NCBI GenBank assembly: GCA_020137815.1
Contig: CM035357.1
Coordinates: 5,642,001-5,706,000, forward strand
DNA: 64,000 nucleotides
Direction: 5' to 3'
Source: Hormiphora californensis
Lineage: Eukaryota > Animalia > Ctenophora
Under the pieces are notes generated by a model. The model did no database searches and had not been told where the DNA came from. It saw only the letters and a list, made by a program, of their open reading frames with translations. Position 1 is the first letter of the stretch, and each line of letters begins with the position of its first letter. The position numbers and the translations under genes were made by a program. This document shows, piece by piece, positions 15,118-27,605 of the stretch.

Positions 15118-18100
15118 TTCCCATTCCTCAACATTCCACACCCTCATCTCGCTTCTCGTTTGCTTGCATTAATTCTCACCCCTAGTCGTAGCATATTTCC
15201 CTTTGTTTATAATATGAAGGTGTCTGAGTACGTGTTTTTAGGTCCTCACCTTTCCGATTCAAGGTTCTTTTGATTTTCACGCTCCACCTCTCTTATAACT
15301 GGGCTTCCTAAATTGACCTTATTCGGAGGTTTTGTCGTTTTATTCCGATTTGTCTTTGATTGCATTTTGATTTTTGGTTTGTCAAGTCTTGTACATTCCT
15401 GGTAGGCCAGTCATATGACGTTGTGAAATGGAACTAATTGATCTAAAAGCGATTCCACTTCCAGGGCACTCCAATGGGTCTCTACAACCACCAAAAAAAT
15501 TTACCGCGGGTACCGCGATGGAGAAATCGGTCATTTCCGGGTTTATTTTGCACCTGCATAAATATAGCCTAGGACAAATGCGATATACGGTAAAAACCGT
15601 CTTTGGAAACAAGTAGAAAAGAAATCAAGGGCACTAAAGTGTGTAGCGTCCTCGCATTAGTGGGGGTAGGTGCTGGAATTAAGTCTCTATCTTATCAGGT
15701 TAATTAGATAATTGGATAATTGGATGTGCACATAGCCGTTTTATGGTTATACGGTAAAAACCATCTTTGGGATGGAGTAGAGAAAAAACCGAGGGTACTA
15801 GAGTGATCAGCGTCCTCGAATTAGTGGGGGTAGGTACCAAAATTAAGTTCCTATCTCATCGCGTTAATTAGATAATTGGATAATTAGGTATGCGCATAAC
15901 CGTTTTTAGGTTACATGGCTATAGCCACTTAGGGATGGTTTAGAGACTTTTCATTGGTGCCATTTTGTAGGCAATAGCCAAGTTATGGGGGGTCGACGTC
16001 GGACTTTTAAGCTCTATATTCAACCATTTAGCCGTTATATGGCTTTAAAGGTGCTCAAAATCGGTCTTTTTACCGCTTTGTTGCTCACTTTGAGCACCTT
16101 TAAAGCCATATAACGGCTAAATGGTTGAATATAGAGCTTAAAAGTCCGACGTCGACCCCCCATAACTTGGCTATTGCCTACAAAATGGCACCAATGAAAA
16201 GTCTCTAAACCATCCCTAAGTGGCTATAGCCATGTAACCTAAAAACGGTTATGCGCATACCTAATTATCCAATTATCTAATTAACGCGATGAGATAGGAA
16301 CTTAATTTTGGTACCTACCCCCACTAATTCGAGGACGCTGATCACTCTAGTACCCTCGGTTTTTTCTCTACTCCATCCCAAAGATGGTTTTTACCGTATA
16401 ACCATAAAACGGCTATGTGCACATCCAATTATCCAATTATCTAATTAACCTGATAAGATAGAGACTTAATTCCAGCACCTACCCCCACTAATGCGAGGAC
16501 GCTACACACTTTAGTGCCCTTGATTTCTTTTCTACTTGTTTCCAAAGACGGTTTTTACCGTATATCGCATTTGTCCTAGGCTATATTTATGCAGGTGCAA
16601 AATAAACCCGGAAATGACCGATTTCTCCATCGCGGTACCCGCGGTAAATTTTTTTGGTGGTTGTAGAGACCCATTGGAGTGCCCTGGAAGTGGAATTGCT
16701 TTTAGATCAATTACTTCCTTTTTCAGCGATATATCGACGTCATATGACTGGCCTATGGATCACTAGGAGACAATACATTTCTAGTCCCTCCCATGACGTA
16801 ACTCACACCTGGCCACTCTAACCAGGTTACAGAACTCCCTCCAACTCTCATTGGTCCCTTTTGATCACGTGATATCCATTCTCGTCGCTGATTGGTCGAT
16901 AACCCGGAGGTTTGAAGTAATGCGATCTCCTTCTAGCGTGAATGTGTGGAGGAGTCTGTGTATCATGTTGCTAGCTAGTGAGGGGGAGTGGGAGCTCTGT
17001 TTTACGTAGGGAGAGCGGCTGCTGCTTTGTACGTCTTGTCTCTCTGCCAAGTAAAATAGACTTGTCTTTCTCTGTTTTTTCTTTTGTATTTCTCTGTTTT
17101 TTTCTTTTGTGGTTTTTTTGTTGTACGACTAAAAGTAGAGGGAGTCTTGATCTTTTTGTTGCGTCAGAACATTGTGTCGGTGCAGGGACCTAATGCAGAG
17201 TGCAATACAGAGTCTAGGTGACAGTCTCGAATTAGGAATGTGAAATAAGAAATTAGAGGAATCACTAAACTGACATGCAGAAAGATAGATACTACGAAAG
17301 AGAGAAAGAGAGAGAGATACTAAGAAAGAGAGAGAGAAAGGAAGATAGAGGGTGTTGTTTAACTGAAGTTTATACCGCTGCACTGCGTCCTCAGCTCGCT
17401 AGCATGTACTGTACAGTTTTTGCTTGTTTCTTCTCTCTCACTTTGGCGGGTATCAGGCTTGTATAGTTGTGAGTTGTGTTGTATTTTGAGAGAGGGCGTA
17501 TTTCCTTTGTTATAGATCCTTACCAAAGCTCACTCAGCTCAGACCCCGCTCAGACCTTATCATCAAGATTCTCTCAGTCTCATCTTTCTGTCTCATTTTA
17601 TGGCTCCAATTAGTTGCAATTGTGTAACTGCAGTTAACTGTGGGTGCTAATTGGGTCACATTATCGATGACATTTTATATCAGACAGTTGACTGATGATC
17701 AGCATCTCTCTCGTTATCACATTCAGTCTCTCAGTATCCCTCTTTCTCTCCCAGACTCCCCATCATCCACTGAACACGCGTTATAAATAAGGTCTCGCGT
17801 TTTGGTTATTCGGTTAAATGTCGCGATGATTGGTTTTCGTATTTCAAGATAGGAAACTGAGGGAGGGATGAGAAATAGAGACACGTGCACATGGAGCTGG
17901 AGAAAAACACATTGAAAGATGGAAACACTGAATTGCACAGAGAGAGAGGGGCAGAGGGGGAGGGAATATGGGCCATGAGCTGCATATTTTATTCCTCGGT
18001 GCCTTTCTTTTGTTACACACGCATTGCACATCAAGCCCCGCTCTTTCTAGGTTTATTTAGAGTTGAACTTGGTTTTAATTCGGACATCCTGACTGGGAGG

Positions 18101-19567
18101 GAGAGAGAGAGAGGTTGAGAAAAGAGGAGGATAGAGAGAGGTTGAGAATGAAGGATATAGAGAGGGAGATAGAATTAGAGAGAGGGGGAGACGTGGACTT
18201 GTGAACTCAAATTGATACCCTTTTCCGCTCAGCTCACAAGTCTAAGTACGTCGCTGCAGCCCCATTCGTTTCTCTCCCTCTGTCTGAATACCCTCTTACT
18301 TCGCTCTCCCTTCCCCTCTTTCACTACATACTTGTAATTTTGTAATGGTCACTTCTCTTTGTTGTAGTCCCCCATATCTCAACTCCATGCTCTGGAGCTC
18401 AGCTTCCACTTCTTAATGCCAGTAGTCTTCTGTTATATTCTTCTGTTATATTCTTCTACTTCTAGCTTCCACTTCATATCTTTATACTCTGGAGAGTACC
18501 ATTTCACTGTGGTGCTTCTAGCTGTCAGTACTTTGCGACATTTACTAATGGCCCCCTTTCGAGCATTCTCTTTTCTTGTAATTTCCTTCTCTTTTTTTCT
18601 CTCCCCCCTTTCTCTCTGTTAAGTGTTCGACCGCATAACTCGACCCTTCCATCGTTTATTTGTCTCCTGTGCAACCATCTCTTTTATTTTCTCTCTACCA
18701 CAATCCTCACATTCATTTTGTCCTCGGCCTCTAACTGGGTCTCTGAGTAATTCCATCTCTCTTCACCCCTCTTCTCCATCTGTCCCTAATTTCTCTATCC
18801 CCAGTCCTCTAATTTCTCTATCCCCAGTCCCTCCTAATTTCTCTATCCCTAGTCCTCTAATTTCTCAATTCCCAGCATCCCCGCTCCTTATTTCCCCACC
18901 TTCCACGATGTGAATTATCCGAGACTATATAATATCAAATTATCCCTTGCATAGGATAGCTGTATCAGATATACCTAAACTCCCCCGTTCATTACAGTCC
19001 CTGCATTGTTATACGCTCTATTGTTTAGTGTGTCCTATAATTCCTATTAGTCCTATAATTCCTATAAGTCCTATAATTCTGCAGATATCTTTTTGTAGTT
19101 CTTGTATTTGCAAGTTGCAGTCTTCATCATCTTGTTGGTAATGAGATTCATCGCCCTGCCCTCTTTTTAAATGTAGATCAGCTATATACAAAGATAGAGC
19201 TTCTAGAAACTCTGTAAATATGATAAATGTAGCCTGGCATTGAGCCAAGAAACTGGAATACAATGGTGTTTAGTTACTGTTACGTTGCCCAACTCTATAT
19301 CGCTCTATTTAGATTTTAGTTAGATTGCTATTTAGCTCCCTCTTCCATTGCTCTGTAGTCTGTTCTCTACATCATTCCATTTCTCTGTCTTTGCAGTGTT
19401 ACAATGGGATCTCTCATTGATATCTCATAGCTCCCTCTTTCTCGTTCGCTCTTTTTCCTCTATCTGAGCTGTTATATCTCTCTATATGTGATATATCTCT
19501 CTTTCCTCTATTCCCAGACCTCACTGAACTGTCCTTGAAAGCCTCTCTACACATCGTGTAATGAGTG

Positions 19568-19628
<61 letters not shown>

Positions 19629-19726
19629 AGAGAGAGAGAGAGAGAGAGAGTCTCTTGTATACAAACTCCCCCTCTCTAGTCTCTTGGCTCTCTCTGATCT
19701 TTAACTCATTCTCTCTGACGGCACTA

Positions 19727-19804
<78 letters not shown>

Positions 19805-22800
19805 TCTCACTCTCTCTCTCTGCCTCTCTCTCTGCCTCTCTCTGACCTGTCTTGGTACAGTGTAGCATTGTTTACCAACGCGTCCTGCCATTTATAGATC
19901 TCACCTAACGCTCTTTGTTTTGCATCTCTCAACTACTGCACAAAATATGCGGTACTGTGTTGTCTCTCTGTTACTTCTCATGTGTTGTACAAGCTCAGAA
20001 CAGTCTTTGATTTAGTGCTGCATCTCTTGCTTTTGAAAGTAGTTATTTTAACTTATCTCTTTCTCCCTGATTTCTCACATTCTAGAACTCTGCAATGTCC
20101 CCTACCTTAGTTCTCTATATTCTGTGTTGTCCTTAGCTGTGTTTTATAACCGCACATCCCCTTGTCTCTACAGTGGACAACATGTCTCGTATGACAACAT
20201 GAACAGAACAGCCTCCAAAGAGAAAGAACTGAACGACTTGCTAGAGGAACTCTCAGCACCCCGGCTCAGTGACGGAGACCCAAACAGCGACTATGCAGAC
20301 AGTATTGATGACGTCATCAACTCACCCCCAGCAGCATCTGGTGACGTCACTACGTCATTCAATGACGTCACTATGACGGGTGACGTAATGAAGACAGCGG
20401 GGGAGGCGACAACATCAGCCGCTACTGACGACATGGGAGATCACATATACGTTAATAGACACATGGTACCAATCTGCCCCACTAGTGGAGATGTAGATCT
20501 GGATGCGATACCCAACTTGGATCAGGGGGGTAACCTCCCCACCCCACCGACCACACCTGGTGATCAACCTGGAGGGTTATATGAGAACCTGTCCTCTCCA
20601 GTAGAGGAGGAGTTGTTGGAGATGAGTAATTTAGAGGAACACGATGATCTATTAGAGGACCGGTTGAAACCTGATGTGGAGCAGTTGAAGAGGAGGCTTG
20701 GGTTTTATCTGAGGAAGGATGTTAAGATGCATAATCTGCATTATTGTTACAATCTACTGGATCAGGTGTGATGCAGGGGGAGGTATAGGGGGTAGTAGAA
20801 GGGGAGGTGGAGGGTTGTTGAAGGGTGGATCGAAAAGTATAATTTTGGGCAAATTTTACCACGAAATTCGGAATGGAATGAATTTTCTTATGGCAAAAAA
20901 ATGTACCCCAAAATAAAATTCCAAAATTTTTGCAACTTTGAATGGTAGATTTTGGAGAAATTTGGTTTAGCATGGAAAGTAAAACTGAGTCAAATTAAAA
21001 ATTGAAACAGTCTGAAAGCCTTGCCAAAACGTATCCAAAACCCTCCAATTTCTAAATTTTCGCTATAGAAACAATCCTTGTGTTTTACTAACAGCTCCTC
21101 TTCAGATCGCAATAAAAGATTCCCACGGTATACCTCTCCTGGTACAGTTGCTGACGTCATCAGAAAACTTCGAGGTAAATTCGATTTTAACAGCCTCTAC
21201 TTAGCTGAAGCTGTTCTCAGTGAGATTCAATCTCATGGTGTGTCTGAGTAGAACACAGAACAAGAAATAATCCCCAGCTACTGTATTCCATTTCTCTGAT
21301 TCATCATGGAAAGATATAATTTCATATTCAGCCGAATCTAATCCCACCTCTCCCTTCCAGATTCTAGAACTTGTAACGGGGGTATTTTGGAACCTATCCA
21401 GCTCGGAACAAGTGAAAGGACAGTTGCTCCGGCAGGCTCTTGAACCTATTGTGAGGGAGATAATAGTACCGCAATCAGGCTGGAAGGGGAGTCAGTATCA
21501 TCAGGATGTGGGCCAAGGAGTGGAGTGTACCACTGTCTTCAGGAATGCTACGGGCTGCCTTAGGTATGTAGAGATTTAGGAAGGGGGCTAATTTGGGGCA
21601 GGGTATCAAATTTAGTAATTCGCATATTATGGGGAATTTTGATTAAATTATTGAATTTGTCCCTATATTTGGATTAAACTCCAACCCTAATCTCTTGTTG
21701 CCATATTGACAGATTCGATCTCTAGCCCCCACTCCCTTCAGGAATCTCTCCTCTAACCCCCACTCCCCTCTCATCAGGAATCTCTCCTCTAACCCCCACT
21801 CCCCTCCCTTCAGGAACCTCTCCTCTAACCCCCACTCCCCTCCCTTCAGGAACCTCTCCTCTAACCCCCACTCCCCTACCTCCAGGAACCTCTCCTCTAA
21901 CCCCCACTCCCCTCCCTTCAGGAACCTCTCCTCTAACCCCCACTCCCCTCCCTTCAGGAACCTCTCCTCTAACCCCCACTCCCCTCCCTTCAGGAACCTC
22001 TCCTCTAACCCCCACTCCCCTACCTCCAGGAACCTCTCCTCCGCGGGTATTGATGGACGCCAAATGATGAGATCCTGTCTGGGTCTAGTTGACAGCCTAC
22101 TGTTTGTGTTGCGGAGTGTGGTGGGCAAGAATGCAGTGGATAACAAGGCGGTGGAGAACAGTGTGTGTATTCTGAGGAACCTCAGTTATCGTCTTGACAC
22201 CGAGGTTAGTGGAGAGGGAGAGAATGGGGTGGAGGGTTGGGTTAGAGGGCAGGAGAGTAGAGGGAGAATTAGATGGAGGGAAATGAGGGAGAGAATGGGG
22301 TGGAGATAAGGAAGACGGGGGGGGGGGATGAGGGAGATATGTGGGAGAGCTAGGGTGGAATGGGGTAAAGAGATTGTACGTGAGATCTCTGCAGCCTGCA
22401 GTATATACCACCTTTTATGGGAGAACTCTGCACTGTAGGACTGAGTGCGTTAATGGGGTGGGTGTGGTGGTGTGGGCCACACCCTCCCTACTCCACCATG
22501 CTGTATATTGAGGGCATTAGAGGTGATATAATCGGCTTTTTGCGCCCCTTTTTGTGCACACCTAGCCACTCCCATTCCATCTTGGGCAATGGATTGGTCA
22601 TTCAGAGACCAGCTCAGATTAGACAATAGGGGAAAGAGAGTGGGCTACCTCTGACCTATTCTTTATTTCCCTTTCTTCTCAGGTATCTCCCGAACACAAG
22701 TACGGTCAGGCCGAGGACTGGAGAAGTAGAGGTCTGGGTGGTGGCCAGTTCAAGAGAAAGGAGATAGGGGAAGATGGAACTGACTTCAAAAAGAAGAAAA

Positions 22801-24618
22801 ACAGGTAAACACCTCACAATTTCTAAAGAATATTTCTGCCCCTCCTTTTCCCAGACAGCCGTGACTAGAAGGATTTGGTAACCATTAGATTGGTTACTGC
22901 TAGTTACTCAGTCTGCTCTACTAGACAGCGATAAATGATCTTGGGTGGGGGAGGGTACCACAATCTGTGACTAGTTATAGAGTTGTGCACAACTCTATAA
23001 CTAGTCACAGATTTTCAAAGTGGTGCATTTTGATAAATATCATTCACCCACTTTTACAACCTAAAACTAACAACATGTCTTCTCTCCTGTTCAGTAAGAA
23101 GCACAAAGGAAAAGAGAACGCCACACCCCTCCCTGAACACACAACAGGAGTGGGTCTACTGTGGCAGGGCTCTGTTGTCAGGGTCTATCCTGGATCTACT
23201 GTTAGAGTGTAGCAACCCAGAGACATTAGAGGGAGCTGCAGGAACACTACAGAACCTGACTGCCAGTACTTGGGAACCCGCACAGGTTAGAGGTTGTACT
23301 AGATACACTGATTTCTTGCCTTGCTCGACCCTGTGTTCCCGCGCCCCGGGAACAAAACAACAGATTTCCTGCAGTTCAATATTTATTGTGATTATAAGGA
23401 CAAGTCGAACTGTTAAAGATCTCAATTATATTTACGACATGACTACTACTTTTAGGACTCAGAATCAGATGCAGGTTGGAACAGACTCTTACAGACCACA
23501 CTATGCTGTCTCACCCCACCACCTTCTCAACCACCCACTCTCTCTCAGATCCTGAGGGAAGCTGTTCGAAAAGAGAAAGGTCTCTCCGTTATCTCCTCCC
23601 TTCTCCGAATGGCTAATGACTCCGGTTGTCCGATCCATTTCTGTGTGCCTCCGAAACCTGGCTCTAGACCCCCGTAACAAGGGTCTACTGGCAGAGAACG
23701 CCCTGGATAACCTTATCAAGAGACTACCTGGGGGCGAGGGGGCTAACGGGATAACAGATCTAACTATTGGAGCCGTGGTGTCCACTATCTTGGAGCTGGT
23801 TGGGCAGAGCACTGAGGCTTGTAAACAGCTCAGAGAATTGGGAGGTGTGTCGAGGTTGTTGGAGGTTGCAAGGTGTACTGATGTGTATTCTGCACAGTGT
23901 GTTTACATGGCTAACAGGGTGCTGGGTGCGTGCTGGGAACAGAGCAAGGATATAAGGAAACAACTGAAAAATGAGGTTAGTGGTTACTCGTTTCATAATA
24001 TCGCACCTCTTTCATACCTCAATCATTGATTGAGTCAATCAAATACCCCTAGGCTAAAAAACACAACTCGATTAACCTCCCTCCATCTCCCCCAGGGCTG
24101 GAATATCTCCATGCTCCAGAGAGTGCCACCACCTGATCGTACTGATGGGTTGGAGTACGATGACTCCCGGAACCAATTCAAAGCCAGCTACAACAGTGGT
24201 CTGAATCACCGTGTCCAGTCCCCAGGGAGGTCCATGCACAGTCCAGTACGGGGGATCAGCCCATCAAGAAGAGCAGTCCTGAGTCCCAGTGGGTTCGATC
24301 CTAACACTCACAAATCAGCAACTATTGGACGGGCATACGATCATTCGGCCAATGTTTCACAACAAGATCGGCTCTATGTTGAGAAGGTACGAGAATGAAT
24401 TTGAAGCTAAAAATACTACGATATTACTACGATATTACTACGATATTACGATAGCATGCTGTTGCTATGATTTAATTTGATTTAATTGACTAACCCAGCA
24501 ACCCTCCCAGGACATGAGAGGACAGAGTCTCCCACCGCCCCGATCTGCTGGTCCATTTGGACCACCCCCTCCAGCACCCACCTCAGGCAACTACGCTGTA
24601 GCCGATAGTTGGGTCTGA
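9434..24618 (+). CDS. CTNND2: delta-catenin / p120-family armadillo repeat protein (multi-exon)
   Basis: Hand-spliced exons: ~9434-10523 (acidic, disordered; start and GC-type donor uncertain), 10751-10981, 12166-12301, 12595-12712, 21106-21174, 21361-21563, 22030-22204, 22683-22804, 23095-23285, 23549-23975, 24096-24386, 24511-24618. Family motifs: [106 protein letters not shown]. The C-terminus is DSWV-stop, as in delta-catenin/p0071/ARVCF. Two +1 frameshifts at ~23189 and ~23623. The symbol names the closest vertebrate subfamily, not proven 1:1 orthology. Confidence 0.9.
11630..12165 (+). repeat. imperfect ~30-36 bp minisatellite built from acceptor-like units
   Basis: Repeated ccccgccactcag / ctaatacccctcccctctct units ending at the real acceptor ccccag|GATCA (12166). 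An upstream copy ccccag|GATCT lies at ~11714. Confidence 0.8.
14855..15120. repeat. (GA)n and (CT)n microsatellites in inverted arrangement
   Basis: (GA)n at ~14855-14950 followed by (CT)n at ~15052-15120. Confidence 0.9.
15403..16755. mobile_element. ~1.35-kb palindromic (foldback) non-autonomous TIR element
   Basis: TA-GGCCAGTCATATGACGT ... ACGTCATATGACTGGCC-TA. Arms of ~650 bp are almost identical around a ~30-bp spacer (~16059-16088), and each arm holds two ~170-bp subrepeats. No transposase ORF. Confidence 0.85.
19570..19840. repeat. (GA)n and (CT)n microsatellites in inverted arrangement
   Basis: (GA)n at ~19570-19650 and (CT)n at ~19725-19840. Confidence 0.9.
20174..20765 (+). CDS. 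intronic coding exon, probable alternative first coding exon of the delta-catenin gene
   Basis: Acceptor ctctacag|20174, in-frame ATG at 20199, ~190-aa acidic low-complexity open frame, and donor CAG|gtgtga at 20765 in phase 0, matching the phase-0 acceptor at 21106. Confidence 0.55.
21726..22041 (+). repeat. 36-bp tandem repeat (9 copies) spanning a 3' splice site
   Basis: Unit aggaacctctcctctaacccccactcccctcccttc. CAG|G acceptors put exon starts at 21742, 21778, 21814, 21850, 21886, 21922, 21958, 21994 and 22030. Confidence 0.95.
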
Positions 24619-24796
24619 ACCCTCCTACATACACCATTCTAGGATCTAGTACAATAACAGCCCTTCAAGGAGTCGGATAGAGAAATAGGGACAATATTAT
24701 TTGCTGTGTTTTTATCAACTTTTTGTACACCAAACTAATGCCATTCTGATTTTTGTTGTGATGATGTGCGTTTATTGAGATGTGTGGGACACTGAA

Positions 24797-24905
24797 CAGG
24801 AACCGACCGAATCAGGAAATACTGGTCCCTGATTGGCTGATAACCAGTCACGTGACCTAAATAACGAGTTCTGATTGGTTGTTTACTTGTTTCGGTCGGT
24901 TCCTG
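24797..24905. mobile_element. 109-bp hAT-like MITE
   Basis: TIR CAGGAACCGACCGAA ... TTCGGTCGGTTCCTG. The 8-bp flanks ACACTGAA / ACACTGAG match 7/8, consistent with a TSD. Confidence 0.8.
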
Positions 24906-25489
24906 ACACTGAGAGAAAGTGCTTTAGATGGTATTCCCCTTGAATTGCTTTACTTTTACAGGAACTTGAAAAAAGTGTTGTCACCAAATGGGCGTGTTCC
25001 ATTTTATCTGTGTGTTAATGTAGATTGTAGAATCCTAAAATAGTTATCCTCCCTTGACCAATGACACAAAATTAAAAACTGAAATTGGAGTTTATTTCCA
25101 CACGGATCCTGGGAAAGTTTATTGGAAGTTTATTCGATGTGTGCTTTAGTGATAGCGAGAGAGAAGTTGTTTGATTATGTAGTTTATTTTTTTGAACAAT
25201 TTATTTGTACATCGTCCGTGCCGTGTTTATTAGCTCAATTACCCATTAATTGATGGTAACCATTGGCAGCAGATGTCCCTTACTTGCACAGTTAGAATGC
25301 ACGTGCAAGTTACTCTAAGCAACTGGCTGCACGTGCAGATTCTGCACGTGCAGAATGTTTGCAGAGTTAATTTGCACGTGTTGCTTGTTTGTTGTCATAT
25401 TGTTGTTTTCAAAGCTGTGTCATGGTATCGGTAACTTTTTACGTTTACTACCCCCTGAATCAACGTGTTTTGAATTTGATGACTCCAAA

Positions 25490-25745
25490 TACATGGGGGG
25501 GAAGGGGGAATACAATATTATTTGCTTCCAATCTGGCTGGCGGTGCCAGACCCCGTTTTGCTCCTCAACAGTGAGCTCAGATCGGGTCAGCGCCGCCAGA
25601 AAAGTTAGCAAATACTGTTGTAAATTTCAGCTTCGTGCACGCCACGTGGCGATTGTGCAGTGCAATGTGCACCGCCAATTGGTTCCAAAAATTGAAGAAG
25701 TGAAATTACCACCTGGCGTCGCCGACCCGATATGAAACGTGTTTT
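25490..25745. mobile_element. diverged MITE-like repeat, copy 1
   Basis: Internal inverted repeat agatcgggtcagcgccgccag ... ctggcgtcgccgacccgat. Homologous to 34092-34450. Confidence 0.6.
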
Positions 25746-25829
25746 GATGACTCCGAATACAATTAGGGTAGGTTGTGGGAAGTCATCCGAGTCATCTCCA
25801 GAAAAAGTTTCAAACCGGTACAATAGGGA

Positions 25830-27561
25830 TCTATATTATAAAGCAGAGAACAGTGCAAGACAATTGGTTTTTTGGGGGGTTTTTAGGGCCTGCACGTGCA
25901 ACATTGACATGTTGTTAGGGATGGTTGGTGGGGGGTTTGGGGCGTGCACGTGCGTGTGTAAAGGTTTTATAAACTTGGGGGATCCCTACCAGAAAACTAT
26001 TGATAGGGTCCCGCGATGAGCGTACACTCAGTCGCATGCTAGATCCACGCTCACTGAAGGGTATTATGGGGTATTGCTGATTTGAAAGAGCTTGAGATTA
26101 TCTTTCTAATGAGCCTTGGTATTTTGAAATTGGTTGCGAAATGACGGAGTTATGGCGAAAATGGTGAAAAATGAGGGAAAATTTGGGGTTCTGAACTGCT
26201 TCAGATCACAGATTGAGAGAGGGGTGAGGGGAGTATTCAATATGGCATTATAGGGGAGTGAATAGAGGGTCAGATGGAGTGAATAGGGGACGATATAATT
26301 TAATAGGGGCCGAGGGGAGTCAATAGGGATAAGAAGGGTGAGGACTGAGGGGAGTCAACAGGGGGAAGGGGGGTGGAGTATGATCTCGCGACCGGAGGTG
26401 CCGCGAAGCGGCGCCGTAGGGAGCAAAGTAGGCATGAGCCAGGGATCGGGATTGAGAGGAGTTAGAAGGGTGTGAGAGTTTTTTGTTCTTTTGCCTGGGC
26501 TCTCTAGTCTATATTATAAAGCAGAGATGGTTGCAAGACAATTGGTTTTTGGGGGGTTTTTAGCGCTTGCACGTGGAAAATTGACGTGTTGTTAGGGGTG
26601 TTTGGTGGGGTTTGGGGCGTGCACGTGCGTGTGTAAAGGTTTTATAAATTTGGGGGATAATAGCTGATTTGAAAGAGCTTGAGATTATCTTTCTAATGAG
26701 CCCAAGATTTTGGAAATTGGTTGAGAAATGACTGAGTAATGGGGAAAATGGTGAAAAATGAGGGAAAATGTGGGGTTCTGAACTGCTTCAGATCACAGAT
26801 TGAGATAGGGGTGAGGGGAGTATTCATTATGGCGTTATAGGGGAGTAAATAGAGGGTGAGATGGAGTGAATAGGGGATGATATGATTCAATAGGGACCGA
26901 GGGGAGTCAATAGGGATAAGAGGGGTCTGGGGTGAGGACTGAGGACTGAGGGGAGTCAACAGGGGGAAGGGGGCGTGGAGTATGATCTCGCGACCGGAGG
27001 TGCCGCGAAGCGGCGCCGTAGGGAGCAAAGTAGGCATGAGCCGGGGATCGGGATTGAGAGGAGTCAATAGAGTGTGAGAGTTTTTTGTTCTTTTGCCTGG
27101 GCTCTCTAGTCTATATTATAATTTGTAAATGAACGTCGTGAGGAGTATGATGTAGTATCATCACGTGCATTGTGCAAATGGAGGGGGTTGCCAAGGAGGT
27201 GCTCTGGGAGGGGTATGGGAGGGGGATACTGCACGTGCATGTTGTTGGTTGTTTGTTGCGTGTTCCTGTGTTGTTCCTGTGGTGTTTTGGGATCTACTGC
27301 TGGGGTCGCCATGATTGCCAAAGCCTTTCTACCTACGTACCCCGTTGATTCTCTACACAGCTACAATTCTACGGATCTTTATCACCTGATTCTACATGTT
27401 ATTCAGCGGGATTTCCCTTGATGTTTATCACCAGCGCTCTACCACTACCAACCTCCGTATTCTTTACCCCAACATGAAGAGACGAAGAGTAAGAGGGAGA
27501 GAGAGACATAGAGACGGGTGGGGGGGGGGGTGCTATCGTAGGACTTCAATGGGCTTTCTAG
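25830..27561 (+). mobile_element. tandem non-autonomous Helitron array A1-A2-B1
   Basis: Units 25830-26507, 26508-27109 and 27110-27561 each start TCTATATTATAA and end CTAG, joined head-to-tail (CTAG|TCTATA). The array is preceded by A and followed by T. A units carry the hairpin GGTGCCGC-GAA-GCGGCGCC. Confidence 0.85.
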
Positions 27562-27605
27562 TGATATATATTGCTACACTTATTATCACAAGAGAAATAA
27601 CATAC

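Noticed and set aside
15382-16766. Duplicate 76-aa ORFs on opposite strands (likewise 48554-48778 / 49864-50052)
   Set aside because: Mirror images created by the palindromic elements; no transposase motifs.
21643-22146. Minus-strand repetitive ORFs ([12 protein letters not shown])n
   Set aside because: Antisense readings of the 36-bp acceptor array.
25280-25385. Cluster of TGCACGTG E-box palindromes as an enhancer
   Set aside because: The same motif is frequent inside adjacent TE families, and there is no independent evidence of regulation.
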